Below are positions 43,859 to 56,444 of a stretch of DNA of 64,000 nt, one piece after another; position 1 is the first letter of the stretch, and every line of letters begins with the position of its first letter. The notes under the pieces are model-generated. The model did no database searches. It was not told where the DNA came from and saw only the letters and a list, made by a program, of their open reading frames with translations. This DNA comes from Pachysolen tannophilus NRRL Y-2460 (taxonomy: Eukaryota). Location of the stretch: assembly GCA_001661245.1 (NCBI GenBank), contig KV454018.1, positions 805,996 to 869,995 on the forward strand, in the 5' to 3' direction. The translations under genes were made by a program, and so were the position numbers.

Positions 43859-46774
43859 TTAATTATCATTTGTTTCAATTTCAATCTCACCGCATAACTC
43901 TAGTTTTCTACTCGAAGAACCTATAAAGATTTTGTAAGTTCCCTTTTGAATTATCCATTGTTGAGAAGAAGTGTCCCAAATAGATAAATCTCTTCTTAAT
44001 AAATCGAAATGAACTCTTGATTTCCCACCAGGTTGTAATTTCACTTTATCAAAGCCACGTAATTGACGAGAAGGTGAACCAACATGTGTACAAGGAAATT
44101 CAACATATAATTGAGCAACATAGGATCCTGTAATAGCACCAGTATTGGTAACTTTTGCCTTAACTGTATATAAAATATCCCATAATGCTGGATTACCACC
44201 TAGACCACCACCTGCTAAAGGTGGATCATTAAATTGATCTGGAGTATATCCCTTTGGATACTCAAATTCATCAACTGAAACAATTTTTTCATTAAAAAGA
44301 TAAGGATAAATAAAGCCTGGTACTGGTTCCATTTCATCATGTGGGAAAAGAGCATCTTCGGGATCACAAATATCATCTTCACACATTTTATAAATACTTA
44401 AATATTTTTCAGGTCTTGGTAAAAATTCAGTTGGTGCTTGAATTTCGGAAATTTTTAAACTTGATAATGCAAATGAAGTATAAGAAAGACCATAACCAAA
44501 CTCAAATCTTGGTTTTAAATTATGTTTATCAAAAAATTTGTAGTCAAGATATATATCGTGGTTAAAATCATCTTGTGGCTCACCATCTTCTGGTAATTCA
44601 TTAACAATTTTAACGTAATGATCATCTTTCCTAGCAATTGTAAATGGAAGACGACCAGAAGGATTAACATCTCCAAATAACACTTCGGCAATTGCTTTAC
44701 CTACAAATTGACCTAAAGGTGCAGCATACAATACAGCTACAACATTTTCATGGTCAATCCATTTTTCCATATTAACAGGACCGACAGAATTAACAACAAC
44801 AACTGTTTTACGACATCTTTCTGCAACATGTTTGATAAGTTCATCACCGTTATGCCATAATGAAAGATTTTTCCTATCTCCATAATTATCATCTATTTGA
44901 ATATAACCTTCACCAGAATCAGCACTTACAAATACAATAGCCATATCTGCATAGTCTGACAGTTCATCAACCGTTTCAAAACTATATGAATCTCTGGTAA
45001 AATCAACAACCATATCAAGATCTATTGCCTTTCTTGCAACTGCTTCATAAGGAGTTATAACATATGGATTATTGACCGCTGCAGAACCCCATCCAGAAGT
45101 TATAACACCATCAACACATTTTTGATCTTTACAATTAAATCCATCAGCGCTAGCTCCTGCAGCAATACCTGCAATCAACAAACGACGAACTCCTTTATCT
45201 GGTGAAATTGGTAAATTTCGACCATCATTTTTCAATAAAACTATTGCTTCTCTTGCAACCTGAAGTGCAGTTTCTTCTGTAAACTTATCTCGAGCATCAA
45301 CATGCCAATTAACTTGAAGAATAGGACCATAGTGCAGATAAGGAAATTCTTGACCATAAGTATGATAAGTCCAAGAAGAAAAATTAGGAGGAGAATTATT
45401 GTTGAAATCTTGACATCCAACAACAAAAAATGGAGCTAAAATACGAACTGCCATATCATTTAATCTTGATTGTGGAATTGTTTGATTATAAACAGCTCTG
45501 GTTAATAATGGTCCCCAATAAGATTTCCCAGAACACCAATTGTTGAAAATTTCTCCAGGCATTGTCATATCAAGTCCAGCTAAGCATGAATAAACACCTG
45601 TATGTTGTGCACCCCAATCTGACATTACAAATCCTTGGAAGCCTAATTCATCTTTTAATAATCCATTTAATAATGCAGGATTTTCACATGCATAAGAATT
45701 ATTAACACGATTGAATGAACACATTACGGAACCTGCACCTGCATTTATAGCATCTGCAAATGGGAACAAATAAACTTCATGCATTGCACGATCACCTATA
45801 TTACTTGAAATTGAAGCTTGAAGATTATTGTCCCATTCACCAACTTGACGGAAAGTTTCTTGTTCATTTCCTATTAAATGTCTAACACATGCTATAACAC
45901 CTTCTTCTTGAATACCTTCTACTGTGACACGACCTGCAATACCTTCCAAATAAGGATCATTTCCAAAACTTTCCCAATTTCTACCACCAGCAGCTTTTAA
46001 TCCGATTGGTCCAATAGTAGGACCCAAGACAACATCAACACCTTTACGTTTATGTTCTAAAGCTATTGCCTTACCACGAAGATACATCAAGCCACGGTTA
46101 AATGTACTACCTGCAGCTAAACCTGTAGGGAAACTAGTGACAAAATCTGCAAAACGGACACCATTAGGACCATCTTGTATACAAAAAGGTGGTACAAGCT
46201 TATTACCGCCTGTATTTCCAATACATGGACCAGATCCCCATCCAGTTCCAGTTGTAAGATTCACTTTTTCAGTAATTGACATTTTTTCCACCAATTTTCT
46301 AGCCTTTTCATAGGCTTCTTGCCAAACATTAGGAATTCTTCCACCAAGAGCTATTCCATTTTAAAGTTAGTCTACTTGTGGTATAATTATTTGTATTTTT
46401 CATTTTATTTTATTTTATTTTATTTTTTATTTTTGGTAATACTGACGAGAAGGATAAAATGGTTTACTAACAAAACCCTTATTTTTCTTGTTATATTCAT
46501 CATATACTTCATATTTTAAAGGTTTATTTTGATGACCACGACGTCTTAAATCCAAAAATTGTTCAGCATCAGACTGTACGTCAGAGTGTAAATCGGATTG
46601 TACATCTGACACTAAGTCCTCAAAGCTGGTTGCTTCTTGAAAATCAGCTATTCCTTCTCCGACATAGTTGTTTGCATATTGATTAAAATCATTCCCAGTA
46701 TTTACTTCAATAGCGCTTACAACGAAAACGGTTATTAAGGAAACAAATAGAAAAAATTTTACCAAGACCACCAT
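43859..46774 (-). CDS. Secreted GH3 beta-glucosidase; exons 46774-46447 and 46350-43859
   Basis: Signal peptide; PFYPS|PLGG...WQEAYEKA is rejoined across a GTCAGT...GACTAAC...TAG intron; QDGPNGVR, GGRNWE, catalytic MSDWGA, DSGEGY and FGYGLSYT. Confidence 0.93.
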
Positions 46775-47803
46775 ATTTTTGATCCCCAATTAAAATAATA
46801 TAATGGCAATATAGTCTCAAGTCTTTGGTCTCTTTTTTTTTAAAGCTCAATTAATATAAATAATCAATAATTAAACGCCGTTGATAATCAAAATAACAAC
46901 GATATTTTGATATTTTGATATTTTGATATTTTTTTAAAAATGTTGTATTTGTGTAATCTATGACATTTTCGATGCTCTGCTTCCTGATTTGGACTATTAT
47001 TTTCAAAATGCACGACCTTGGTTTTTAAAAAATAATTAAATTTTTATTTATTCATTGCCTTAGTATATAGGCGGCAGCGGGGTTGACCGTAACATTAGAA
47101 AGCCACCGGTTACCGAGCAGGTTGCATTAAAGAACTTGCATTAATAAAATCGATTAGCGATGTACTATTTACCTCTGGTAATCAACGTACCCAAACTGCA
47201 TTTCATAATATACATATATCTATATATACAGAAGTTAAAAGAAAGATAAGAATCGTTGTTGGATAAGTAGAAAAAAAAATTAAAAAAAAAAAAAAAAGAT
47301 CAAGAATTTGAATAATTTATGTACACTGTAAAAACCCAAGAGGTTGGAAATTTTAAAAGATGAGGTAGAAAATATGAATTAATTTTTAAATTTTTGCACT
47401 TTCTAAAATGATCATCGTAATGATTCGCAAATTTACAAATTTAAGTTAAAATGAATAAAAATTGTCGCATTGATTTCAGTCGTAAATAGATCATCTTTAC
47501 TTTGAATTATCTGTATAGAAAATTGAGCCAAAAAGAAAATAATTTTTTTCTGCATCTTTCTTATCAGTAAATTTTTTCTCTTATCTTTATCGCATGGTGC
47601 CGCTAGAAATTTTTCACCTCGCATACAAAGAAAAATATGTATATATATATATATATATTTATACGTAAATTTTTTTTTTCATTTTTTTTTTTCAAGAATT
47701 TCAAAATTTTTCATCTTGAAGAGATTTCGATATACATCATACGAAATATCAAAAATTTGAGGAAATTTTTGTTTAATTGTATGGTTTAAATTTTTATAAA
47801 GAA

Positions 47804-49543
47804 ATGTCAAAAGAATCAGGTTCGAAATCATCAGCAGTTGATGTGGAAGTAAATGAAGCTGGAGAATTTTTTTATTCTAGTAGTGTTAATTCAAATTCTT
47901 CTAAAAGTTTTTTACATAGAATTGACAAAGTTTTAAGGCTTCAAGATGAGGATCAACAAATCAGACACAGTAATCCTGATCTTGATCCTCTTCCACCACA
48001 TAGAAGAACTTGGAGAGGTTGGCAACTTGCGTGTTATTGGGGGTCTGATATGTTACAAGCATCTGCATTGAGAACTGTGGTTTCATATACAGAATTGGGA
48101 TTAAATACTAGAATGTCTTTATTATCTATTGCTATAGGTTATCTTATAGTTGGTATTATATTAACATTTAATGGTAGATTTGGTGTTCAATATCATGTTC
48201 CATTTGCTGTTCAAGGGCGTGCTTCTTATGGGTATTATTTTTCTTATTTAATGGTTTTATTAAGATTAATTGTTGGTGGTATCTGGTATGCAACCAATGT
48301 TTATACTGGTGCCGAATGTGTTAGATCTATGATTTATGCATGTTGGCCATCATTTCATGATGTTCCTAATCATTTACCAACCAGTGCCAATATAGATACC
48401 CAATTAATGACAGCATATGTGATTTATTTTATAATATCATTACCTTTCCATTATATTAGGCAAGAGAAAATTCAATGGATTTTTACACTCAAGACTGTTT
48501 TAGTTCCTGGAGCATTTTTTGCAGTTTTAGGTTGGTCTTTAGCATCACTGACAGATGTTTCTGAAATATGGGAAGGTGATAATTCTGTACATGGAAGTGA
48601 ATTTAGTTGGGTTTTCATCAATTGTTTATCTTCATCTATATCATCATATGCTACATTAGCGGTGAATGTTAATGATTTTACAAGGTATACAGATGATAAA
48701 AAAGCTCCATATATTCAAATATTTGTATTACCTATTTTTGTAATTTTTACATCATGTGTTGGTCTTACAATGGCTGTTGCTTCAGAACAATTATGGGGGT
48801 CTGCATTATGGGATCCATTATTAGTTTTTGATAATTGGACTTCAAAAGGTGGTCGAGCAGCATCTTTTTTTTTATCATTAATTTTCCTATTTGCACAAAT
48901 TGGTGTTAATCTTTCAGCAAATTGTGCATCAGCTGCAAATGATTTGAACGCTCTTTTACCAAGATATATTAATATTAGACGTGGACAATTTATTATTGCA
49001 TTTGTATTTGCATGGGGTGCAACTCCATGGAATATTTTATATGGAGCTTCATCTTTTATAAATTTTATGGATGGTTATTCAATTTTTTTAGGTCCAATGG
49101 CAGCAATTGTAACTTTTGATTATTATCTTGTTCATGGATTAAAATATGATATTAGAGAATTTTATAAAACAAATGGTATATATAGATATAACAAATTTGG
49201 AATAAATTGGAGAGCTGCAATTGCTTTTCTTTGTGGATTTGCTCCACAACTTCCAGGTTTTGCAGCTTCAGTTAATTCATCAATTGTTTTAAATGAAAAT
49301 GTCTTACATTTTTATTATATTGGATATTTCTTTAATTTCCCAGTTACAGGTATAGTATATACTGTATTATCAAAACTTTTCCCAGCAAAAGAAACAATTC
49401 TTCAAGAAGCAGTGACACCTGATAATATTGATTTTAAAAGAGAAATGTCCCATTCTGAAAATCCAATTTACCCAGAAGGTTTCCCAGAAGAAGAAGATTT
49501 CCCAGAACAGTTTAACGGAGAAGAAAAAATTTTAAACGCTTAA
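47804..49543 (+). CDS. NCS1 nucleobase/allantoin/hydantoin:cation symporter (Fur4/Dal4/Thi7 family)
   Basis: NPDLDP...RRTW, RASYG, DFTRY, N.SAN...AANDL..LLPRYINIRRG, PWN and GINWRA motifs; ATG at 47804. Confidence 0.9.
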   Translation: MSKESGSKSSAVDVEVNEAGEFFYSSSVNSNSSKSFLHRIDKVLRLQDEDQQIRHSNPDLDPLPPHRRTWRGWQLACYWGSDMLQASALRTVVSYTELGLNTRMSLLSIAIGYLIVGIILTFNGRFGVQYHVPFAVQGRASYGYYFSYLMVLLRLIVGGIWYATNVYTGAECVRSMIYACWPSFHDVPNHLPTSANIDTQLMTAYVIYFIISLPFHYIRQEKIQWIFTLKTVLVPGAFFAVLGWSLASLTDVSEIWEGDNSVHGSEFSWVFINCLSSSISSYATLAVNVNDFTRYTDDKKAPYIQIFVLPIFVIFTSCVGLTMAVASEQLWGSALWDPLLVFDNWTSKGGRAASFFLSLIFLFAQIGVNLSANCASAANDLNALLPRYINIRRGQFIIAFVFAWGATPWNILYGASSFINFMDGYSIFLGPMAAIVTFDYYLVHGLKYDIREFYKTNGIYRYNKFGINWRAAIAFLCGFAPQLPGFAASVNSSIVLNENVLHFYYIGYFFNFPVTGIVYTVLSKLFPAKETILQEAVTPDNIDFKREMSHSENPIYPEGFPEEEDFPEQFNGEEKILNA

Positions 49544-49696
49544 AAAACGATTTGGAGTTTCCAATGCGGAAAAGTCAAAATTTAAAAGTTAAAAAAATAA
49601 AAAAAAAAAAATAAAAAAAATTAGCCCAAATTAAAGTTAAGCCTTATGCGTACCTATGCGTACGTATAAGTACGTAACTAGAAATAGTTAGTTACA

Positions 49697-49700
<4 letters not shown>

Positions 49701-49756
<56 letters not shown>
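49701..49756. repeat. poly(dA:dT) tract of about 56 bp
   Basis: Uninterrupted T run between the NCS1 gene and PHO4. Confidence 0.9.
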
Positions 49757-49792
49757 CTTATTTATTTTGTTACTTTGTTATTTTATTTAGAG

Positions 49793-49800
49793 CACGTGGG
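49793..49800 (+). promoter_or_regulatory. CACGTGGG E-box (Pho4-type site) upstream of PHO4
   Basis: GCACGTGGG matches the high-affinity Pho4 consensus and lies about 575 bp upstream of the ATG. Confidence 0.55.
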
Positions 49801-50371
49801 TTACAAAATGGAAATAAAAATATATTGATTTTGATTTGAACATGTACACGACCACAGAATAAATTAAATTCCTTTTAACTAAGTCACTTGAATAAAAACT
49901 TAAACTTATTCTCTCACTTACTTTACTTTACTCACTTATTCATTCATTCAATCAATCTCTTATTAGTTAAAAGTTACTGTTAATGGATTTTTTTCTTTTT
50001 TTTCTTTTTTTTTTTTTTTTCGCTTTGGAAATCTTTAGTTAGGAATAAAAATCACTTTCAATAATTTTTTCTAATATTTCTAACAGCGGTTAAATTTTAA
50101 TTATTTTTTTATAATATTTTTATTAATTTTAATACTTTTTCTTTAAAATATTCTTTTTAAAAAGAATAGGATAGAAGAAGATAAAGAGATAATTTAGTAA
50201 TAAAAATCAAAAAAAAAAATTGACTTCTTTTATTATTTGATAAAGAATCGATTTCAATTTTTTTTTTTTTTATTTTTTTTTTGGTGGAGGAAATATTTTC
50301 TTTATAGAAAATAGAAATATATATAAAAAAAAAGATAAAACAGGAAAATAGTACAATTAGACGCGCTTCAA

Positions 50372-50486
50372 ATGAATAGCGATAGTGATAGTAGAAATAC
50401 TCTGAGTTTCAATTTGTTTCTGTCCAAGAATGGTAATGGTCAAAATCAGAATTTAGAGGAATTTTTCAACGAATTTAATAATAATA

Positions 50487-50521
<35 letters not shown>

Positions 50522-52564
50522 GATAATAGTCAGGCGGCGGCGGTGGCTGCTGCTGCTGCTGCGGCCGGTAGTGGCAGTTTAAAATTTAATTCTCAGGGCG
50601 CTAATGATATGGACCCAACTTCATCTACTTCTAATGATGCTAGTAATTGGAATTTGTTTACGAATTTAAATGATCATGATTTGAACATGTTGGAGGAACA
50701 TTTACAACTCTTGACAAATAATAGTAAGGATCATGGCGATAATGGCAGTGCCGGTCCTGAAAACAGCCTTCCTGGCGCCGATGGAGTGAATGTTCATGGC
50801 AATAATCATGATGATACTAATGCCCATACCAATGTCAATGCCAATAATGAGATCAATAACGAGATTAATAACCAAAATAGTAATAGTAATAATCATAATC
50901 ATAATCATAATCCTAATCATAGTAATAATAATAATAATAATAATAAAAGCGACAGCGGTATAGGAGAAGAATTACACTCTGATTTCAAGAGGTTTTTAGG
51001 AAACGAAACGTCAAATGTAGATTTACATTTGGATGATGGAGCGAGCACAAAGGTACCCGACTATAACCGTGATTATAATCATTTCCCCTCTTCGGCATTC
51101 CCGCCTTCAATAGATACTAATGAAATAACCCATTCTTCCTCTCATCAGCATCATCATCACCACCACCACAGTGATCATGATCATGACAGTCTCCATGGTG
51201 AAGCAACTCAGGTTTTAAGAAATAGTATTGACCAGGGCTCAGATCCACAAAGTGCTGGAGTGAAACCTGAATTGTTATTTACTCCATTATTGTCCCCACT
51301 GGTTACTCCAATGTACGGACATCATGGTCAATATCATTCAAATGGTAATTCTGGTGGTGCTTATACCAATTCAAATGGTGGATTTAGTCCATTAACATCA
51401 CCTGCTCTAGAATTCCAAAATTCAAAATCTCCAATAATAAGAGTGAAAAGAAACTCCGTCACTAATTATAATAAAAGTGGTACAGCTAATAATTGTAACA
51501 ATAATGGTAGCAGTGGTAATATAAATGAGGAAGGCCGTCGGAAGTCTCTTAATGGGAAATCAAAGACACCAGGATCAACTCCCATATCAGCTCCAACAAT
51601 TCTGGGTAGAGTAGCAAAAAATTCTCCCGGTATAAAACCATCAATTTCAAGAAGAAACTCTTCTACTGCTTCAAAAGTTTTAAATGAAATGAAATTGCCC
51701 GAAAGTAGTATTGATTTTAAGACTCCTTTAAGCAAACTGAACAAAAAAATATCTTCATCAAGTAATAATAATAATAATAATATGAAACAAGAAATTGAAT
51801 ATAATGATGAAAATGAAGGTCCTAATAACCATGCCGTCACACCAGCAACATTAATGAACTTCAAAGTAAATCCTACTGGAAATCATCAAAATAGTCATAG
51901 ACACTTTTCACAATACGATCAAAGTAATATTAGTGGTCAACAGTACCAGCAACAACAACAGCAGCAACATCAACATCAACATCAACATCAGCAACAGCAA
52001 CAGCAACAGCAGCAACATCAACATCAACATCAACAGCAACAACTCATGAACACCGGAGTCATATTGAATACTAATAGGTCCCATTCAAATTCCTCCTCTC
52101 CTGTTATATTGCCTTCTTCTACTACACCAATAATGATGCCAATGTTAAGAAAGACAAGTAGTGGGGCTTCATCAAACTCTACAATAACTACAGCAAATCA
52201 ATCATCTTCAAAGAGATCAAGAAGAGACTCTTCAGCTAAGAATACACCCAACTTGGGTCCTACTGATAGATCTTCATCAGTTACTAATTTTTCTCCTATG
52301 TTAAATGGTACTGCTGATCAGAGCGATAAAAAGATTAACCATAAGTTGGCGGAACAAGGAAGGAGAAATAGAATGAACATGGCCATTCAGAATTTAGAAA
52401 AATTAATTCCAAACGAATGGAAGAAAGATATATTAGTACCTTCAAAAGCCACTACCATAGAAGTAGCGATTGAATACATAAAATCATTACAAAATAGGCT
52501 AGATTCTTCAAACGAGTTTAGCAATACTAGTGGTAGTAGCAACGCTTCTATAAGTCCTTTATAG
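50372..52564 (+). CDS. PHO4: bHLH phosphate-response transcription factor
   Basis: C-terminal bHLH HKLAEQGRRNRMN...SKATTIEVAIEYI; SP-rich blocks FTPLLSP, FSPLTSPAL, SSPVILP; N, Q and H low-complexity tracts. Confidence 0.88.
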
Positions 52565-52811
52565 TGATATGGACTCTAAAATTGGTTTATTTTTTTCTGT
52601 ATCTATTTTGTTTCGTTCATTGAATGTAAAGTTTTTTTTTTAATTTTTTGCTAGGTTCCCTTATATGTCAAATTTTTTTTAATTTACTTAAGCCCTCTCA
52701 ATACCTGAATTATGATAAACTTTTCTACGATGTGATTACTTTAATTCCATTCGCATAATAAATAACAGATTAAATTTTATTTTATTTATTTATTTTTTAT
52801 TTTTTATTTTT

Positions 52812-52847
<36 letters not shown>

Positions 52848-52863
52848 TTTTTTTTTTTTTTGG

Positions 52864-53177
52864 NNNNNNNNNNNNNNNNNNNNNNNNNNNNNNNNNNNNN
52901 NNNNNNNNNNNNNNNNNNNNNNNNNNNNNNNNNNNNNNNNNNNNNNNNNNNNNNNNNNNNNNNNNNNNNNNNNNNNNNNNNNNNNNNNNNNNNNNNNNNN
53001 NNNNNNNNNNNNNNNNNNNNNNNNNNNNNNNNNNNNNNNNNNNNNNNNNNNNNNNNNNNNNNNNNNNNNNNNNNNNNNNNNNNNNNNNNNNNNNNNNNNN
53101 NNNNNNNNNNNNNNNNNNNNNNNNNNNNNNNNNNNNNNNNNNNNNNNNNNNNNNNNNNNNNNNNNNNNNNNNNNNNN
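52864..53177. other. Assembly gap
   Basis: Run of N. Confidence 0.99.
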
Positions 53178-53489
53178 TTTTTTTTNTTTTTTTCTATAAT
53201 TTTTTTTTTTTTGCTGGAATTCAATCTGTGTTGAATATTGAACACTGATAATTGGTTAATTTATTGCCTTACTATGCAATTTAAATGGATCATAAAAGAC
53301 CCCATGCAAAAATGTTTTTTTTTTTACTTGGTATTCAACTATTTTTTTACATGGTTTTTTAGATAAAAATAAAGTAACACCAATTGACGCAAAACAGATT
53401 AATGTAGAGAAAAGATTTAAAAATTGATAAAAATCTAAAATAAGAATATTTAACCAAACTAAAATAACATAATCAAAATAAAATTAACA

Positions 53490-54767
53490 CTATTCGTATA
53501 TACTATTGTTACCCCAAGTTGTCTTTATTGAAACTCCATCTGCATTTATATTTGATAACATACTATTTCTATTAGAACCTCCATTACTACCACTAATGAC
53601 AGGTGAAGCAGGATTATTTATAGTCGATGATGAGCCTGTATTGCCTAATATGTAGTTGTTATTTGTACTGCCACTATTACTAATACTATAATTGTTACTA
53701 ATGCCAACACCGTTATTATTATTTGTTGTTCTTTCAATTATTGATGCTGGAGGAATACCCACAGTTGAAATATTTGTAGTACTATCTAAACTTCTTCTTC
53801 TTCTATTTCTTGTAGAGCTTGCCAATGTTATCACTGAAGATGCGTCAATATTATGGTGCAGACTGGAGCTATTATTGAAATAATAACCATTTGGAATAGG
53901 GTTTAAATATTGTTGAGGCCCGTAGTTGGAAACATTATTGGTATTATTATTGTTATTGTTGATGTTAAAAATATGAGCCGTAGTAAGGTTTGTCAATGTT
54001 GTTGGTGCAATCGATGTTGCCATTGTTGATTGGGATATTGAATTTGAAGTTTGGTCATCATCATCATCATCATCATCGTCATCCCCATTTGTACTTGAAA
54101 CAATGGAAACTGAGTACATAGACCTTACCTGTTGGTTATTTGTACCTTCCAATTGTAAATGTGGTGCAAGATGATGAACAGATGTTGCTGTAGTAGAAGG
54201 TGACCTAGGAACAGCACTTGCACTAGTCGTTGATGATCCAATAGCAACAGACGCAGTTTTCGACAAGTTGTTTGAGGCATTACCAGAAGCATTACAAGAG
54301 GCAATACCAGAGCCTGAAGCATTACCAGACACCGAAGCATTACCAGAGCCTGAAACAATTATAGGCAGTTGCACATTATCTCCAATATTGTGGGCCAAAG
54401 GTTGAGACCTTGAATTATTACTGTAACTGGTACTTTGATTGCTTGAAAATTTTGATGGTCTGTGACCACCATGATTATAGTTAGTGTTATGATGGCCGCC
54501 ATCATTACCACTATTACTAACGTTATTCGACCTAGCATTATTCATTAACCTTCTAACCCATGAAAATTTTCCACCTCCGCCATTATTATTATTATTATTG
54601 TTGTTGTTTATAGATGAATAATTGATATTACCTGCAGAAGGTCTTGAATTGTGATTGCCACCATTACTATTATTACCATGGCCGTTATTACTACTTGACT
54701 TCAACAAGGTTGAATCAATATTGTTTTGATTTAGTTTATGACTGCTACCGTTATTACTGGGCGACAT
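53490..54767 (-). CDS. Asn/Ser-rich disordered protein with motif DASSVITLASS.R.RRRRSLD
   Basis: ORF of about 425 codons from ATG 54767; motif recalls uncharacterised fungal proteins. Confidence 0.75.
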   Translation of the reverse strand: MSPSNNGSSHKLNQNNIDSTLLKSSSNNGHGNNSNGGNHNSRPSAGNINYSSINNNNNNNNNGGGGKFSWVRRLMNNARSNNVSNSGNDGGHHNTNYNHGGHRPSKFSSNQSTSYSNNSRSQPLAHNIGDNVQLPIIVSGSGNASVSGNASGSGIASCNASGNASNNLSKTASVAIGSSTTSASAVPRSPSTTATSVHHLAPHLQLEGTNNQQVRSMYSVSIVSSTNGDDDDDDDDDDQTSNSISQSTMATSIAPTTLTNLTTAHIFNINNNNNNTNNVSNYGPQQYLNPIPNGYYFNNSSSLHHNIDASSVITLASSTRNRRRRSLDSTTNISTVGIPPASIIERTTNNNNGVGISNNYSISNSGSTNNNYILGNTGSSSTINNPASPVISGSNGGSNRNSMLSNINADGVSIKTTWGNNSIYE

Positions 54768-54959
54768 TCTTACTATCAAACCTGTGAATTAAAAGTAATA
54801 CAAAACTTTTTTACTATTTTTTATATTACAGAAAAAATATTAAAAAAAAAATTTATTAAAAAAAAAATTTATTAAAAAATCAAAACGTTAAAATTGATCA
54901 AATATCAAGATAAAAACTATTGAAATATATAAACTAATTGCTTTATTATATGGGAAATA

Positions 54960-55622
54960 ATGGAACAAGGGGGTGAATTAGGACGTGAACAGGAACGTGA
55001 ACATGAACGTGAACATCTTGAAAGTAACGAACAAGATGAAGAAGGTACTTCATTAATGAATTCTGCTAGAAGACCACCAATTGTTAATACTTCTCAAATA
55101 TTAGGTTACACAATAGATCCTTCAGATTTAATCTTATATTTTCTTGGGTTTTTCCTTCCATTTTTTCCTGTGCTCATTAGGAAAGGATTATTTTCTAAAG
55201 AATTTTTAATTGGTTTTTTACTTTCAATTTTTTTCCATATTCCTGGTTTATTGTACAGTTTTTATATCATATATGATACCAGTTATATTACAGGTTCTAT
55301 TGATGGTGTTAACTCCAGGTACCATTGGTCACATTATAGACCTGGTAATGAGTATGATGATTTAGAGAATAATTTTGCCTCTCGAGATGAAGATGAAAGA
55401 AGACAATTGTCCGAGAACAATTCTAGTGATGATGGCGCAGGCGCTCATCAACAGAGTGATGGATTTCCCTATAACCTGGATCATGAGACGCACAATGGTC
55501 ATGATGATTTGCAGCTGCCTCCAAGGTATGAGGACATTGCTGGTGCAAGTATGGCAAGTAACGGAGCTTCAAGAAACATGGACTCTAAAGTACTTGGAGA
55601 TAATAAGGTTCAAAGACCTTAA
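54960..55622 (+). CDS. Pmp3/Sna family proteolipid with PPxY motif (Sna3-like)
   Basis: Two-TM Pmp3-like core (LGFFLPFFPVLIRKG...HIPGLLYSFYII), PPRY motif and a GDNKVQ end. Confidence 0.8.
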   Translation: MEQGGELGREQEREHEREHLESNEQDEEGTSLMNSARRPPIVNTSQILGYTIDPSDLILYFLGFFLPFFPVLIRKGLFSKEFLIGFLLSIFFHIPGLLYSFYIIYDTSYITGSIDGVNSRYHWSHYRPGNEYDDLENNFASRDEDERRQLSENNSSDDGAGAHQQSDGFPYNLDHETHNGHDDLQLPPRYEDIAGASMASNGASRNMDSKVLGDNKVQRP

Positions 55623-55737
55623 CCTTCTGAATATATATATATTTCTTTTATCACAGTGGTAAAAGGCAAGCTATTGTAAATCAAAGAATTTAGAAATGTT
55701 GAACTCAAGAGTGGAAGATTAGATTAACTAGTGGTCC

Positions 55738-55770
<33 letters not shown>

Positions 55771-55992
55771 CATTATTGGTAGATACGTATATGGGTTAAA
55801 TTTACAATTATACTGAGAAATTCTACCATAGTGGGAACACAAACTTACTTGTAATCTCGGTGACTTTGCTTTGACAATTTTACTTTGATCTCTTTAGTTA
55901 TATGTTGGAACTCATCTAAAAATAGGTATTCCTAGTAGTAGTAGTAGTAGTACTGTTTGCCTATATGCTAAAACTCTAAAAATAAGGGACAG

Positions 55993-56266
55993 GTGACACT
56001 TTTAGTGACACATTCCGAAGGTGTCAATTAGAGCGTGTCACAACAGTGTGCCATAAGTGACAAAAATGACATTTAAAAAAGTGTCACCACACAAAAGTGT
56101 CGCAAATGACATAAGTGTCAGAAGTGACAAGAGCGTGACAGAAACGTGTCAGTGGCGCTGTAGGTGACATAGGTGTCAGAGGCTAAAGAAGACATAAAGG
56201 CAAAGCAGAAGTGACATCAATTTCTTTCTTTCTTGTCACTAAAAGTGTGACACCAGGGGTGACACA
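55993..56266. repeat. Dense array of 18 TGACA/TGTCA motifs in both orientations
   Basis: Counted by eye: 18 exact pentamers in about 275 bp with variable spacers. Confidence 0.85.
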
Positions 56267-56444
56267 AAGATGAATTGAATTTTTTTTTTTCGTTTTTATT
56301 CTTTGGCTCTTAGTAATTGGATTACGTAGTAGTTTACAACTATTCAATAATTGCCAATTGTTCTTATTCATCATTCAAATTTGATTGATATATATATATA
56401 TATATATATATAAATCTGTATTTTATATATTATATACTGACAAG

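Noticed and set aside
46427..46789. Separate 120-aa secreted protein, or frameshifted GH3 pseudogene
   Set aside because: It is exon 1 of the GH3 gene; an in-frame intron explains the break
52841..53245. ORFs made of X residues
   Set aside because: Artefacts of the assembly gap
55993..56266. CRISPR-like repeat-spacer array
   Set aside because: Repeat is only 5-6 bp, occurs in both orientations with irregular short spacers; eukaryotic context with no cas genes
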